Positions 29,017 through 39,454 are shown, counted from the first letter of the stretch. The stretch: DNA of 64,000 nt from an uncultured Chloroflexia bacterium (GCA_963775225.1 CAVZHW010000006.1:88329-152328); one strand, 5' to 3'. The notes: generated by a model from the sequence alone, not told the origin. Numbers and translations: made by a program.

Positions 29017-31068
29017 CTAGGCGCTGCGGGCGACTTTCCGTTCGTCGGTGTCGGCGGCAGGCTTGAGACCCAGCTCGGCGACAGCCTCCTCAACCTGCTG
29101 CGTGATGCCGTCGACGTCGAGTCCAAGGGTGTGGCGCAGGTCGGCGACCGCGCCATGATCGACGAACCGGTCGCCCGGCAAGCCAATGATCCGCACCGGG
29201 ACCTCGCGCAACGCCTGGTCCGAAAGCCCGGCGTCGGCCAGCACCTCCAGCACCGCCGAGCCGAACCCGCCGACGGCGACGCTCTCCTCGAGGGTCACCA
29301 CGAGCTTCTTGCCGTGCACCTTGTCGAGAATCAATTCGCGGTCGAGTGGCTTGGCAAAGCGCGCGTTGATCACCCCGACCGACCAGCCCTGCGCGGCCAG
29401 GCGGTCGGCCGCCTCCAGCCCGCGCATCACGATCGGCCCGAAGCCGACGATCAGGATGTCGGTGCCATCGCGCAGCAGTTCGCCCTTGCCGACCGGAATG
29501 GGGGCGGGCTCGACGTCGGCCAGGTCGTAGCCCGGATCGCGTGGGTAGTGCAGCGCGAACGGATGTGCCTGACCGAAAGCGGTGTGCAGCAGGCGCCGCA
29601 GCTCCTGCTCATCCTTGGGTGACGCGATCACGAGGTTGGGCAGCTGCCGCTGAGCGGCCAGGGCGAACATGCCCTGGTGGCTGGTGCCGTCCTCGCCCAC
29701 CAGCCCGGCGCGATCAACGCCGATGACCACCGGCTGGTCGTTCTGGCACACGTCGTGGACGAGCTGGTCGAACGCCCGCTGCAGGAACGTCGAGTAGATC
29801 GCCACGAACGGGCGCATGCCGGCGATGGCCAGGCCGGTGGCCATGGTGACGGCGTGCTGCTCGGCGATGCCCACGTCGAACATCCGGTCGGGGAACTCGG
29901 CCCCGAACCTGGCCAGGCCGGTGCCGGTGGGCATGCCCGCGGTGACGGCAACGATACGCGGATCGGTCTGGGCAAGGCTGATGAGCTCACGCGCCATGAC
30001 GCTGGTGTAGCTGGGTGGCTTCGACCGGGCTGCCACCGCCTGGGCCATCGACGGCGTCGCGTCGCCGTCGCCGCCCTGCACCGCGCTCGCTGATGGAGCG
30101 CCGCTGACACCACCGTGCACGACCGTCATGGGCGGCAGCGCCGCGCCGTGGAAGCTCACCTTGTCGGCCACGGCCGGCTGGTAGCCACGGCCCTTCTGGG
30201 TGCGCACGTGGACGAGTACCGGCCCGTCCATGTCACGCAGCGCCCTGCTGAGCACGTAGTTCAGCCGGCGCAGGCTGTGGCCGGGCACCGGCCCGGCGTA
30301 GACGATGCCCAGGTCCTCGAACAACTGGCCGGGCTGGGCAAAGTTGACCACCGACTTGCGGAAGCGCCGCGACCACTCGAGCAAGGCCGGCCCGACCATC
30401 GGGATCTGCTCGACCGTCTCGTCGTACACCCGCTTGGAGCCACGCCACGTGCGCGACAACTTGATCCGGCTCAGGTACTGGCTGAGCGCCCCAACGGTCG
30501 GTGAGATGCTCATCTCGTTGTCGTTGAGCACGATCAAGAGGCGCGTCTTGCGCTGGCCGATGTCGTTGAGCGCCTCGAGCGCCATGCCCGACATCAGCGC
30601 AGCGTCGCCGACCACGACCGCGATGCGCTCGTTCGAGCCGCGCTGGTCGCGCGCCAGTGCCAGCCCCTCGGCGATCGACAGGCCGGTACCGGCATGACCG
30701 CCGTCGAACACGTCGTGCTCGCTCTCGCTGCGGCGCGGGAAGCCGCCCAGGCCGTCGAGCTGGCGGAGGGTGTCGAATCGGTCGAGCCGGCCCGTCAGCA
30801 GCTTGTGCGCGTACGCCTGGTGGCCGGTATCCCACACGATCTTGTCGGTCGGGCTGTCGAGCAGGCGATGCAAGGCGACGGTCAGCTCGACCACGCCCAG
30901 CGAACTGCCCAGGTGGCCACCGGTCTTGGCCACCGTCTGGATGATCGTTCCGCGAATCTCCGCGCACAGCTCGCGCAGTTGAGCATCGGACAGTTGCTTC
31001 AGGTCGCGCGGATCGGTGATGCTTTCCAGCAGGGCCACTTGATCTCCAGGGGGGGTCGGCGTCGCCAT
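29017..31068 (-). CDS. dxs: 1-deoxy-D-xylulose-5-phosphate synthase
   Basis: [21 protein letters not shown]...G...EALN, NDNEMSI, GIAEQHA and [12 protein letters not shown] motifs. Confidence 0.96.
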   Translation of the reverse strand: MATPTPPGDQVALLESITDPRDLKQLSDAQLRELCAEIRGTIIQTVAKTGGHLGSSLGVVELTVALHRLLDSPTDKIVWDTGHQAYAHKLLTGRLDRFDTLRQLDGLGGFPRRSESEHDVFDGGHAGTGLSIAEGLALARDQRGSNERIAVVVGDAALMSGMALEALNDIGQRKTRLLIVLNDNEMSISPTVGALSQYLSRIKLSRTWRGSKRVYDETVEQIPMVGPALLEWSRRFRKSVVNFAQPGQLFEDLGIVYAGPVPGHSLRRLNYVLSRALRDMDGPVLVHVRTQKGRGYQPAVADKVSFHGAALPPMTVVHGGVSGAPSASAVQGGDGDATPSMAQAVAARSKPPSYTSVMARELISLAQTDPRIVAVTAGMPTGTGLARFGAEFPDRMFDVGIAEQHAVTMATGLAIAGMRPFVAIYSTFLQRAFDQLVHDVCQNDQPVVIGVDRAGLVGEDGTSHQGMFALAAQRQLPNLVIASPKDEQELRRLLHTAFGQAHPFALHYPRDPGYDLADVEPAPIPVGKGELLRDGTDILIVGFGPIVMRGLEAADRLAAQGWSVGVINARFAKPLDRELILDKVHGKKLVVTLEESVAVGGFGSAVLEVLADAGLSDQALREVPVRIIGLPGDRFVDHGAVADLRHTLGLDVDGITQQVEEAVAELGLKPAADTDERKVARSA

Positions 31069-31135
31069 CGGGACGAACGCAGCGCCGTCGATGTTGTGCG
31101 GCGGTCCACGCCGTTTCGTGATTCTACGATGCGCG

Positions 31136-31420
31136 TCAGTGGGACTCGTCGGAATCGCCGACCGACAGGTCAATCGCGCGGACCTTGCCGCCGCCCGACT
31201 CGACCAGCCGCTGGAAACGCAGCTCGGCCTCGTTCAGCATCCGCTCGCAACGCCGCTGGAGCAGCACTCCCTGCTCGAACAGCAAGATCGAATCCTCCAG
31301 CGGCAGGTTACCCGCCTCGAGCTTCTCGACCACCCGCTTGAACTCGGCCAGAGCGGTGTCGAAAGGCAGGGCCGCGATGCGCTGACGCTCCGCCTCGTGG
31401 TCCCGCTTGTCGTCGGTCAC
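31136..31420 (-). CDS. xseB: exodeoxyribonuclease VII small subunit
   Basis: FDTAL...VVEKLEAGNLPLEDS..LFEQG..L..RC...L..AE. Confidence 0.92.
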   Translation of the reverse strand: MTDDKRDHEAERQRIAALPFDTALAEFKRVVEKLEAGNLPLEDSILLFEQGVLLQRRCERMLNEAELRFQRLVESGGGKVRAIDLSVGDSDESH

Positions 31421-32766
31421 GATGCGGAGTCTCGCACCGACTCGACCTGCGCGCCCAGCTCCCCGCGTTGCAGCCGCACGCTGACCTGGTCGCCCTTGGT
31501 GACCCGGCGAGCGTCACGGAGCACCACGCCGTCGGGGCCGCGCACGATCGAATAGCCGCGCTCGAGCGTCGCATAGGGGCTCAGAGCAGCGAGGGTGGCT
31601 GCCTGCCGGCCGAGCTCCGCGCGGGCACCGACGACGCGTCCCGCCAGCAGCGCCGGCAGCTGCTCGGTCGCCCGGCCGAGCTCAGCTTCACCGATTTCCA
31701 GCCGTCGCTGGACGACCCGCGCGGCGCGGTCCAGCAGCAGGCCGATTCGCTCGCGCTCAGTGGCCAGCAGCGCCTCCGGACGGAATCCGTCAAGCGCCCG
31801 TCGCTCATTGTTGAGCGCCTGGCGTCGTTCGGCCAGCCAGCGTTTGGTGGCGGCCTGCAGCCGGCTCGCGTAGCCGTCCACACGCGCCAGCTCGTCGGTG
31901 CGTGCGGGAACGACCAGTTCCGCAGCGACGGACGGCGTCGCGGCCCGGACGTCGGCCGCGAACTCGGCCAGCGTCACGTCCGTTTCGTGGCCCACGCCGA
32001 CGACTACCGGGCACGGATGGGCGGCCACGGCGCGGACGACAGGCTCCTCGTTGAACGGCCACAGGTCCTCGAGCGAGCCTCCGCCGCGGGCCAGGATCAC
32101 CACGTCTGTGGCGCGGCCGGTCGCCTCGTCGGTCCAGCGCCCGACGCGGCGCAGGGCGGCGACGATGGTCTGGGCAGCGCCCTGGCCCTGGACCTGGCAG
32201 GCGCTGACCACGACCCGGGCGAGCGGCCAGCGGCGGGTCAGGACACGCCGGATGTCATGCAGCACCGCCCCATTCAGGCTGGTGACGACGCCGATGTTGA
32301 GCGGGTACCCGGGCAACGGCCGCTTGCGCTGGACGTCGAACAGGCCCTCCGCGGCGAGCCTGGCCTTGAGCGCCTCGAACTGCAGCGCGAGGTCGCCAAA
32401 GCCAGACGGCTGGAGTGCCCGGACGTACAGCTGATAGGCACCCTGCGGCTCGAACACGTCGACCTGGCCCTGGGCAATCAAGCGCAACCCGGTGCGCGCC
32501 TCGAAGGGCATCATCAGCCGGTCGTCGCGAAAGATCACGCAGCGCAGCTGGGCACGCTCGTCCTTGAGCGTGAAATAGCAGTGGCCCGCCGCGCTGACGC
32601 TGACCTGGCCGACCTCGCCCTCGACCCACACGTCGCGCAGGCGCGGCGTCGACCGGAGCGTCGTCTTGATCAGCGCGGTCAGCTCGCCGACCGTCAGGAT
32701 GGGCAGCTTTGCCGCGTCTGTTTGCCCGCGCAGCGGTTCGGCCGGTGGCTCGCGTGGCTCCCTCAT
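31417..32766 (-). CDS. xseA: exodeoxyribonuclease VII large subunit
   Basis: VWVEGEV, GH.YFTLKD, RGGGSLEDLW.FN, GHETD, RAATPS and L.RGYS motifs. Confidence 0.95.
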   Translation of the reverse strand: MREPREPPAEPLRGQTDAAKLPILTVGELTALIKTTLRSTPRLRDVWVEGEVGQVSVSAAGHCYFTLKDERAQLRCVIFRDDRLMMPFEARTGLRLIAQGQVDVFEPQGAYQLYVRALQPSGFGDLALQFEALKARLAAEGLFDVQRKRPLPGYPLNIGVVTSLNGAVLHDIRRVLTRRWPLARVVVSACQVQGQGAAQTIVAALRRVGRWTDEATGRATDVVILARGGGSLEDLWPFNEEPVVRAVAAHPCPVVVGVGHETDVTLAEFAADVRAATPSVAAELVVPARTDELARVDGYASRLQAATKRWLAERRQALNNERRALDGFRPEALLATERERIGLLLDRAARVVQRRLEIGEAELGRATEQLPALLAGRVVGARAELGRQAATLAALSPYATLERGYSIVRGPDGVVLRDARRVTKGDQVSVRLQRGELGAQVESVRDSAS

Positions 32767-32785
32767 GCCGCTACCCTACGCACGC

Positions 32786-32963
32786 TCTCCACGACGCGCA
32801 TCCCGCGACGACGCGTGATGCCTGTGCAGCATCGTGGCCGGGTGTTTCTCACGGCAAAGTCGCTCGCAGCCACCCATTTTGAAAGAGTCTGCTCAGGGAA
32901 TCGACGGCGTCTGATGCGCCCCGCGCATCGAGCGCCTTCTGCCGGGAGTGACGCGCCGGGAGA
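32786..32963. repeat. imperfect inverted-repeat intergenic element (second family)
   Basis: TCTCCACGACGCGCATCCCG...TGATGC versus the reverse complement of the right end, TCTCCCGGCGCGTCACTCCCG...CGATGC. Confidence 0.4.
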
Positions 32964-32990
32964 ACCGCGCGACCGGCGTCGACGCGCGAC

Positions 32991-33548
32991 TCAGACGCGG
33001 GTCTGGTAGTCGCCCGTGCGGGTATCGATGCGGATGGTGTCGCCGACGGCGACGAACAGCGGCACCTGCACCACCAAACCGGTCTCGGTGGTGGCCGGCT
33101 TGCGCGCGCCGGTGGCCGTGTCGCCGGCGAAGCCGGGATCGGTCTCGACCACCTTCTGGTCGACCGTCACGGGCAGCTCGACGCCGATCGTCTCGCCCTC
33201 GTAAGACGTTCGTTGGAGGACCATGCCGTCGGTCAGGTACTGCGCCGAGTCACCGAGCTGCTCCGCGGTCATGGGGAACTGCTCATACGACTGCGTGTCC
33301 ATGAAGTTGTACGTGTCGCCGTCCGCGTACAGGAACTGGACGTCGCGCGTGTCGAGATAGGCGCGCGGCCACTTCTCGCCCGCTTGGAAAGTGCGCTCGA
33401 CGGTCTGGCCACGCTTGATGTTGCGCAGCTTGATGCGCACCTGCGCGGAGCCGCGGCCCATCTTGATGTGGTGGTAGTCGAGGATCTGCCAGATCTCGCC
33501 GTCGAGCTCGATGACCACCCCCTTACGCAGTTCACCGGTCGAAATCAC
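32991..33548 (-). CDS. efp: elongation factor P
   Basis: HHIKMGRGSA loop, GDTATG..KPA, VPLFV and DTRTG.Y..R motifs. Confidence 0.96.
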   Translation of the reverse strand: MISTGELRKGVVIELDGEIWQILDYHHIKMGRGSAQVRIKLRNIKRGQTVERTFQAGEKWPRAYLDTRDVQFLYADGDTYNFMDTQSYEQFPMTAEQLGDSAQYLTDGMVLQRTSYEGETIGVELPVTVDQKVVETDPGFAGDTATGARKPATTETGLVVQVPLFVAVGDTIRIDTRTGDYQTRV

Positions 33549-33557
33549 GGCGCAATC

Positions 33558-34763
33558 CTAGCCGACGACCGTGACCTCCCGCGGGAAGAGGCTGAGCCGA
33601 TCTATCCGTCCGGCCTCGGCGTCGAAGAGCATCGTGTCCTCGATACGCACTCCGGTGACGTCGTCGAGGTAGATGCCTGGCTCGACCGTGAACACCGTCG
33701 GCGACGGCAGCGGGGTCTCAGCGGCGCGCTGGCCGAGGCCGGGTAGCTCGTGGGTCGCCAGGCCGATGCCGTGGCCCAGGCCATGGCCGAAGTGGTCGGC
33801 GTGACCGGCCGCGGCGATCACGTCGCGTGCCACCTTGTCGATCTCACGTCCGTTCGGCCGGCGGCCTGCCGCCAGCGCGTGCGACAGGGCGCCGATGGCC
33901 GACTGCTGCGCGTTGGCGACGATCCGGTAAACCTCCAGGTCGGCCGGCGTCGGGTCGCCCACGAACAGCGTGCGGGTGGTGTCCGACCGATAGCCATGCA
34001 CCTGCGCGCCGAAGTCGAACAGCAGTACCTCCCCACGTCGGATCTGGCGCGGTCCCGGCGAGCCGTGAGGCAGCGCCGCCCGCGGCCCGGACAGGCACGC
34101 GACGTCGAATGCGAGCGCCTCCGCGCCGTGGGTGCGCATCTCCCACTCGAGCTGCAGTGCCAACTCCTCTTCGGTCACGCCCGGCCTGACCTGCGCCGCC
34201 ACCTTGTGCAGCGCCGCATCGGCTACGGCGCAGGCTGAGGCGACGCGCTCGATCTCTGATTGCTCCTTGACCTGGCGCTGGGTCTCGATCCAGCCGTCGG
34301 CGGGCACGAACTCCACAGCCGGCGTCGCCTCGGCGAGCTTCTGCCACATGGCGTGACTCACGAGGCCGGCCTCAACGCCGAGCCGGCGGACCTCGCCGAG
34401 CGACGCGAGCACCTCCGGCCAGCGCTCGTAGATGTCGCCGTAGACGCGCTCGACGCGCGCGTCGGTGCACTGTTCGGCGGCCTGCTTCGTATAGCGCGAG
34501 TCGGCGAGCACAACGAGATCGCTCGCCGAGACCAGGAACTGGGCCGAGTTTCCGGCGACCTTTTCCTCGCCCTCGCCGAGCTCGATGCCCGTCAGGTAGC
34601 GCGCGTTCTGCGGCCGAACGCCGAAGTAGGCGTCAACCTTCTCGCGCGCCAGCCGTTCGCGGAAGGCGGCCAGGCGCTGCGGGCGGGCGAGGCGGTCGGC
34701 GGCGCGCCAGCGCTCGATGTCGGAGGCGGTCGGGGCTGACGGCTTGGGGAGCGACTCGATCAT
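33558..34763 (-). CDS. Xaa-Pro aminopeptidase (M24)
   Basis: DSRY, ALPHG, DFGA...GYRSDTTRT, HGLGHGIGL..HE, EPGIY and GVRIED motifs. Confidence 0.93.
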   Translation of the reverse strand: MIESLPKPSAPTASDIERWRAADRLARPQRLAAFRERLAREKVDAYFGVRPQNARYLTGIELGEGEEKVAGNSAQFLVSASDLVVLADSRYTKQAAEQCTDARVERVYGDIYERWPEVLASLGEVRRLGVEAGLVSHAMWQKLAEATPAVEFVPADGWIETQRQVKEQSEIERVASACAVADAALHKVAAQVRPGVTEEELALQLEWEMRTHGAEALAFDVACLSGPRAALPHGSPGPRQIRRGEVLLFDFGAQVHGYRSDTTRTLFVGDPTPADLEVYRIVANAQQSAIGALSHALAAGRRPNGREIDKVARDVIAAAGHADHFGHGLGHGIGLATHELPGLGQRAAETPLPSPTVFTVEPGIYLDDVTGVRIEDTMLFDAEAGRIDRLSLFPREVTVVG

Positions 34764-34775
34764 GTTCGGTTTTCC

Positions 34776-36059
34776 CTATGTTGAGGGCGACGGCGACGGG
34801 CCGCCACCACGGTAGAGCCTGACGTTGGCCTGGTGCTCGGCGTAGGTACGCGCGAAGGCATGCGTATGGCTGCCGTCGTTCTTGGCCACGAAGTACAGGT
34901 AGCCGGTGGCAGTGTCGGGGTTGAGGGCGGCTTCGAGCGAGGCGAGCCCCGGTGAGCAGATCGGCGTCGGGGGCAGGCCCCGCGAGTGGTAGACCTGATA
35001 GCCGAAGAGATCGTCGGGCACCTGGAAGTTGGTCGGCGAGCCCATGTCGTTGAGCGTCCAGAAGACGTAATTGCGCCACTCGCCGATGGGCAGGTCGCGC
35101 AGCTGGAGCGTGTCCTTGACGTAGATGACGACCGGGTCGGCGTCGAGCAGCGGCGGCCCGCCCTTGCCGTCGAGCCGGTTCTGAAACACGCCGGCAATGA
35201 GCGGCCGTTCCTCGTCGACTGCCGCCTCGCGCTCGACGATGCTGGCCAGGGTAACCAGGTCATAGAAGTCCCTGCCCTGCTGCTGCGCCTGGGCGATGAG
35301 CGCGTATGACGGGCTGGCCTGCCAACGCTGGAGCAGCGTCTCGAGCAGCTGTTCGGTGGTAATGGCGGGATCCACGTCGAAGATGCCCGCGCCGAGGAAC
35401 CCCTCGAGGCTCTTGCCGGCCGGAACGACGCTCAGCCAGGCGAATTTGTCGCGTAGCGAGGCGGGTGGGTTACTAGCCAGGTCGTAGAACTGCTGCGCGT
35501 CGAAATTCGCCAGGCCAAGCGTTTCGAGGTACGCGGTGACCTGCTCGAGGCGCAGACCATCGCGCAACGCGACCGTTACGCCTGTGGCTGTCTGCGCCGG
35601 CCCCTCGAGCGCGGCAGCCACCTGGCGCGGGCTCATCGTCCGATTGAGCATGTGGGTGCCGGCCAGCAGCCGGTCGAAGCCGCCGTCCTGCGCTAGCACG
35701 TACTCGAAGGCAAGGCGATCAGTGACCAGGTCGCGGGCGACCAGCGCATCGGTGATCTGGCCGCTGCTCATGCCCGACTCGACGACGAACTCGACCGGCG
35801 TGGGATCAGTGCCTGCGGCCCGGTCGGGACGGCCGTCCATGATCTCGCCGACGGCGTCGGCCACGAACGACAGGCGCATCAGATCAGGGTTGGCGTCGGC
35901 CGCGGCGCGCAGCGCAGCTCCGGACAGCGGGGGAAGGACGATGACACCACCGACCAGCACGACCGCCAGCACGACCAGACCGATCAGCCAGCGGCGCCGG
36001 CGGCGGCGTTGTGAGCGGGGCAGGAACGAATCCCCGCGCGGGTGGTAGACGGAGCTCAC
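34776..36059 (-). CDS. mltG: endolytic transglycosylase MltG
   Basis: N-terminal TM, LEGFL, LASIVERE (catalytic Glu), VFQNRL, GLPPTPICSPG, YLYFVA. Confidence 0.92.
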   Translation of the reverse strand: MSSVYHPRGDSFLPRSQRRRRRRWLIGLVVLAVVLVGGVIVLPPLSGAALRAAADANPDLMRLSFVADAVGEIMDGRPDRAAGTDPTPVEFVVESGMSSGQITDALVARDLVTDRLAFEYVLAQDGGFDRLLAGTHMLNRTMSPRQVAAALEGPAQTATGVTVALRDGLRLEQVTAYLETLGLANFDAQQFYDLASNPPASLRDKFAWLSVVPAGKSLEGFLGAGIFDVDPAITTEQLLETLLQRWQASPSYALIAQAQQQGRDFYDLVTLASIVEREAAVDEERPLIAGVFQNRLDGKGGPPLLDADPVVIYVKDTLQLRDLPIGEWRNYVFWTLNDMGSPTNFQVPDDLFGYQVYHSRGLPPTPICSPGLASLEAALNPDTATGYLYFVAKNDGSHTHAFARTYAEHQANVRLYRGGGPSPSPST

Positions 36060-36508
36060 GGGCGGGGCGCACGGGCGTCGAGCTCAGCCTGCGCGATCAG
36101 CGCCGCGGCCTCACGATCGACGCGTGCCCGCCGGGCGCTGCGCGCGGCGGGCGACGGCGGTCCGCCAGATCGGCCGCGCGACGCGCGGCCCAAGCCGCTC
36201 TCGGCGACGACGCTGGTCAGCCGCTCGTCCCGCCACGACATCGGCCGGCCCAGGGGCGGCAGAACCTGCTGCGCCCACGCCCGGGTGCGCGCCACCTGCT
36301 CGCCCTCGCGGCCATCCAACTCGAGCGGCAGGCCAACCACCAGTTCGTCGATGCGCTGCTCGGCGGCCAGCGCCGCCAGGCTGCGCGTATCAGCGCTCGG
36401 CGTCCGGCGCCGCAGCGTGGCCAGCGGCCGTACGACACCGGTAACCGAGTCGGCCAGCGCGACACCGATGCGCCGCTCGCCCACGTCGAGGGCCAGCAGG
36501 CGCGTCAC
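36056..36508 (-). CDS. ruvX: Holliday junction resolvase-like RuvX/YqgF
   Basis: LALDVGERRIGVA, VVGLP, DERLTS and VD..AA..I motifs; GTGA overlaps at both ends. Confidence 0.93.
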   Translation of the reverse strand: MTRLLALDVGERRIGVALADSVTGVVRPLATLRRRTPSADTRSLAALAAEQRIDELVVGLPLELDGREGEQVARTRAWAQQVLPPLGRPMSWRDERLTSVVAESGLGRASRGRSGGPPSPAARSARRARVDREAAALIAQAELDARAPRP

Positions 36509-38169
36509 GAGCCGGGCTGCGGCGGCACGACCGTCAGCCGGATACGCGCCGCCTGGTCGGGTAGGTGATCGATGAAATCGGGCCACATCTGGATCTCCGC
36601 GTCGCCGTACTGCGCCAGTGCCTGGCGTGCTTCGGACACGGACTTGCCGCTGATCGCCGCGAGCACCTGCTGCTCGTCCGGCTGCGCGTATATGTCGGCC
36701 GACGCGGTCACCTGGAAGACCACCGTCTGGCCATTCACACTACCCGGCGCATGGCTGGTGGCGACCGCGTTGCCGACTATCTGCTGGTCGTCGGCCAGCG
36801 ACGAACGGAAGCGACTTTCGCCCAAGCCGTCGACGAGCGATTCGTTGACGGCGATGACGCTGACGCTGCTGTGCAGGGTCAGCGTGAAGGAGTCGGCAGC
36901 CGTACCGACCAGCGCATCGGAGACCGGGTCTAGCTGCGTGTCGCCCAGCGCGGAGGTCGACGAGTAGACCGTCAGGCCGCGCGGCACGTTTGCGGGATCG
37001 GCCAGCGCGCTCGCAGCGGCCGTGGGCAGCTCGCCGTTGAGGGTGGCGAGCGCCGCGTCGTAGTCGGCCTGCAGGACCACCGTCTGCTCGTTGCGCGCGC
37101 CCCCCTCGGTCGCAGCGGGGTTGGTGACCGTGACACCCTGGTTGGCGAGATCCTTGGGCACACGGGTGATCGCTTCCGCAGGCACGTTGCCGCGCGGCCC
37201 GTCGACCTTCGCCCGCACGCGCACACTCGCGATGACCGGCATGCCGGACGAGAGCTTCACCTTGTCCAACGTGACGGGGTCCATTGTCTCGAACGCGATG
37301 CCGTCAGTGGCGGTGCTAACGATCGTGCCCGCCGGAATTGGCACCTGGGTGAGCGTGTTGATGCTGCTGAACCTGACCGTGCCGTGCGCGGTCGTCAGGG
37401 TCACATCGGTGCCGCTCGCCGGAAAATTGCCGCTCACAGAAATGGGCAGCTCGATCCGTTGGGCACCCACGACGCCGGCGGCCGGATCGGCAACGGCCAC
37501 GCTGGGATCGGCGCTGATCGTGTAGACCGGACTGGTCAGGTGCGTGACCGTGGGACGGAGCGTGATAGTTGCCGTGGGCAGGAAGACGTAGGCGCCGTAA
37601 GCGACGCCGGCCACGAGCAGGATGACGAGCAGCAGCACGAGCAGCGGCAGGCCCATTGTCCGGCGCTGCCGCCGGCGGCGGCGAACGGCTCCCGGGGCTC
37701 GCGGGACGCCCGTCTGCTGCGGGCCCGTATCCACCTGTGTCCGCTCATCCTGCGTCCGCTCATCCGGCGCTTCCCCGAGACCCAGCGTCGGCTGACGCAG
37801 CACGGCGGTATCAGTCCCGCGCTGCCGGCCCGCTGCCGGTTTCGCGCGGGCGCCCGGTGCCACCCGCTGCGCCAGCTGGCGGTCCTGCTCGCGGAATGCC
37901 TCGAGTGCCGCCTCCGCCGCGGCCACCGAGTCGTACGCCGGCAGTCCGGCCGAGATGGCGAGCGCGCGGACGCCCGGCTCGTCGCTGACGGCGGCCATGT
38001 TCAGCCGGCGCTCCGCCGCTTCGCGCGCGAGAAGGCGGAAGTTGATGCGGCTGGTGGCGATGCGCGAACCGGTTGGAATGACCAGCAGCGCCTCGCCATC
38101 GGTCACCGCGCGAATGCGCTTGATCGCGACGGTGATTTCGTCGTCGACCTCGAGGTAGCAGATGCTCAT
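36505..38169 (-). CDS. bitopic membrane protein with baseplate J/gp47-like extracytoplasmic domain
   Basis: Cytoplasmic N-domain (YLEVDDEIT...NFRLL), TM helix, LPTATITL.P, A.GTV.F...IPAGT...F.T...V.A...GP.GNV...I...VTNP....GG. Confidence 0.75.
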   Translation of the reverse strand: MSICYLEVDDEITVAIKRIRAVTDGEALLVIPTGSRIATSRINFRLLAREAAERRLNMAAVSDEPGVRALAISAGLPAYDSVAAAEAALEAFREQDRQLAQRVAPGARAKPAAGRQRGTDTAVLRQPTLGLGEAPDERTQDERTQVDTGPQQTGVPRAPGAVRRRRRQRRTMGLPLLVLLLVILLVAGVAYGAYVFLPTATITLRPTVTHLTSPVYTISADPSVAVADPAAGVVGAQRIELPISVSGNFPASGTDVTLTTAHGTVRFSSINTLTQVPIPAGTIVSTATDGIAFETMDPVTLDKVKLSSGMPVIASVRVRAKVDGPRGNVPAEAITRVPKDLANQGVTVTNPAATEGGARNEQTVVLQADYDAALATLNGELPTAAASALADPANVPRGLTVYSSTSALGDTQLDPVSDALVGTAADSFTLTLHSSVSVIAVNESLVDGLGESRFRSSLADDQQIVGNAVATSHAPGSVNGQTVVFQVTASADIYAQPDEQQVLAAISGKSVSEARQALAQYGDAEIQMWPDFIDHLPDQAARIRLTVVPPQPGS

Positions 38170-38188
38170 CAAGCGCACACGGGCCTGT

Positions 38189-39451
38189 TCATGCCTTCAT
38201 CTGCCGCAGCACCTGGCGCAGCGCGGCATCGAGCGGCTGCTCCGGTGCGCTCATCTCGAGCGCTTGATGCGCCAGCGCCAGAGGCGGAACATCCTGCTCG
38301 TCGACCAGCAGGCCGGTAGCGTCGCTCAGCTGAACGACTTCGCCAACGGAGATCGACTCGACCTGTGGCGGGCGCGCGAAGGCGACCTGGCGCGCGAAGT
38401 CCGCGTCACGCAGCGCAGCGGCGATCTGAGGCAGTCGTGCTCCGCCACCGCACAGGTACAGGCGCCCGGGCAACATGCCCGACTTCGAGAACTCCTCGAG
38501 CACCAGCTCCACCCCCGCCGCCCAGACGGCAACGTCCTCGCCAATGATCTGCTCAACCTCGTCGCGCTGCTCGACCGCCACCCCCTTGGCGAAGTCCACC
38601 TTGACTTCCTCAGCGCGCGCGAAGGGCAGGTCGAGCCGATCAGCCAGTGATTTGGTGAAGGCACGGCCGCCCAGCGCGAACATGCGCGTGCCCTCGATGC
38701 CACCCGGCCGCACCAGGGCCACGTCGGTCGTTCCGCCGCCGACGTCGATGAACAGACCGCCCGATTGGCGGACCTGCTCGTCGTCCATGCAGCGCGCCAC
38801 CGCATACGGCTCGGCGACGATCGCGACCAGGTCCAGATCGAGCATGCTCGCGACCGTCTGCAACGCGCCCAGGTGAATCAACGGCGCATAGGCGTTGAAG
38901 ATGCTGATGCGAACGTGGCGACCCTTGAAGCCGACCGGGTTGGTGACCGCGTAGCCATCAATCGTGGCACCGGTCACCGCGGCGTGGACCAGGCGGATGT
39001 CGACGTTGGGGAGGCCGGTCTCCCACGTGATCGTCCGCTCCGCCTCGCGCAGGGCGTCGTGTTCGACCGAGTCGATGAGCGTCTGCAGCTCGCGCCCATT
39101 GATCGGCTGGTCTGGCTTCTTGCGTTCCTGGCTGACGCTCGAGGTGAAACCCTTGACCAGCTCGCCGGCGATGCCGATGACCACCTGGCTCGAGCGGAAG
39201 CCGGCCATCTCCTCCGCTTCCTGGAGCGCCACCTGGCAGTTGTCGACGACCGCCGATATGTCCGCCACGGTGCCCGACTGCATATGGGCGAGACCCTGCC
39301 GCTTGCGACCAACGCCACGCACGATGCCCTTGCCCGCTTCGTCGATCTCGAACACCAGCGCCTTGGCGAACTCGGTGCCGACATCGAGCGCGGTGCACGC
39401 CGCGAGCTTGTCGCCCTCGGGCCTTGGCAGGAAACGGCGCCAGAAGGCCAT
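38189..39451 (-). CDS. FtsA-like actin-fold ATPase (outside the dcw cluster)
   Basis: ALDVGT, AEPYA, DVGGGTTD, GG..FT..LA, AE.VK, LCGGGA.LP; SHS2-like insert with VTNPVG. Confidence 0.85.
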   Translation of the reverse strand: MAFWRRFLPRPEGDKLAACTALDVGTEFAKALVFEIDEAGKGIVRGVGRKRQGLAHMQSGTVADISAVVDNCQVALQEAEEMAGFRSSQVVIGIAGELVKGFTSSVSQERKKPDQPINGRELQTLIDSVEHDALREAERTITWETGLPNVDIRLVHAAVTGATIDGYAVTNPVGFKGRHVRISIFNAYAPLIHLGALQTVASMLDLDLVAIVAEPYAVARCMDDEQVRQSGGLFIDVGGGTTDVALVRPGGIEGTRMFALGGRAFTKSLADRLDLPFARAEEVKVDFAKGVAVEQRDEVEQIIGEDVAVWAAGVELVLEEFSKSGMLPGRLYLCGGGARLPQIAAALRDADFARQVAFARPPQVESISVGEVVQLSDATGLLVDEQDVPPLALAHQALEMSAPEQPLDAALRQVLRQMKA

Positions 39452-39454
39452 CGC

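Noticed and set aside
32840-32900. c-di-GMP-I riboswitch (GGCAAA...GAAA)
   Set aside because: Lacks the P2 stem and the GACGCAAAGC continuation; orientation does not match a downstream gene.
36505-38169. Prophage or contractile injection system
   Set aside because: Only one baseplate-like gene, membrane-anchored, in a core operon; no sheath, tube, spike or capsid genes.
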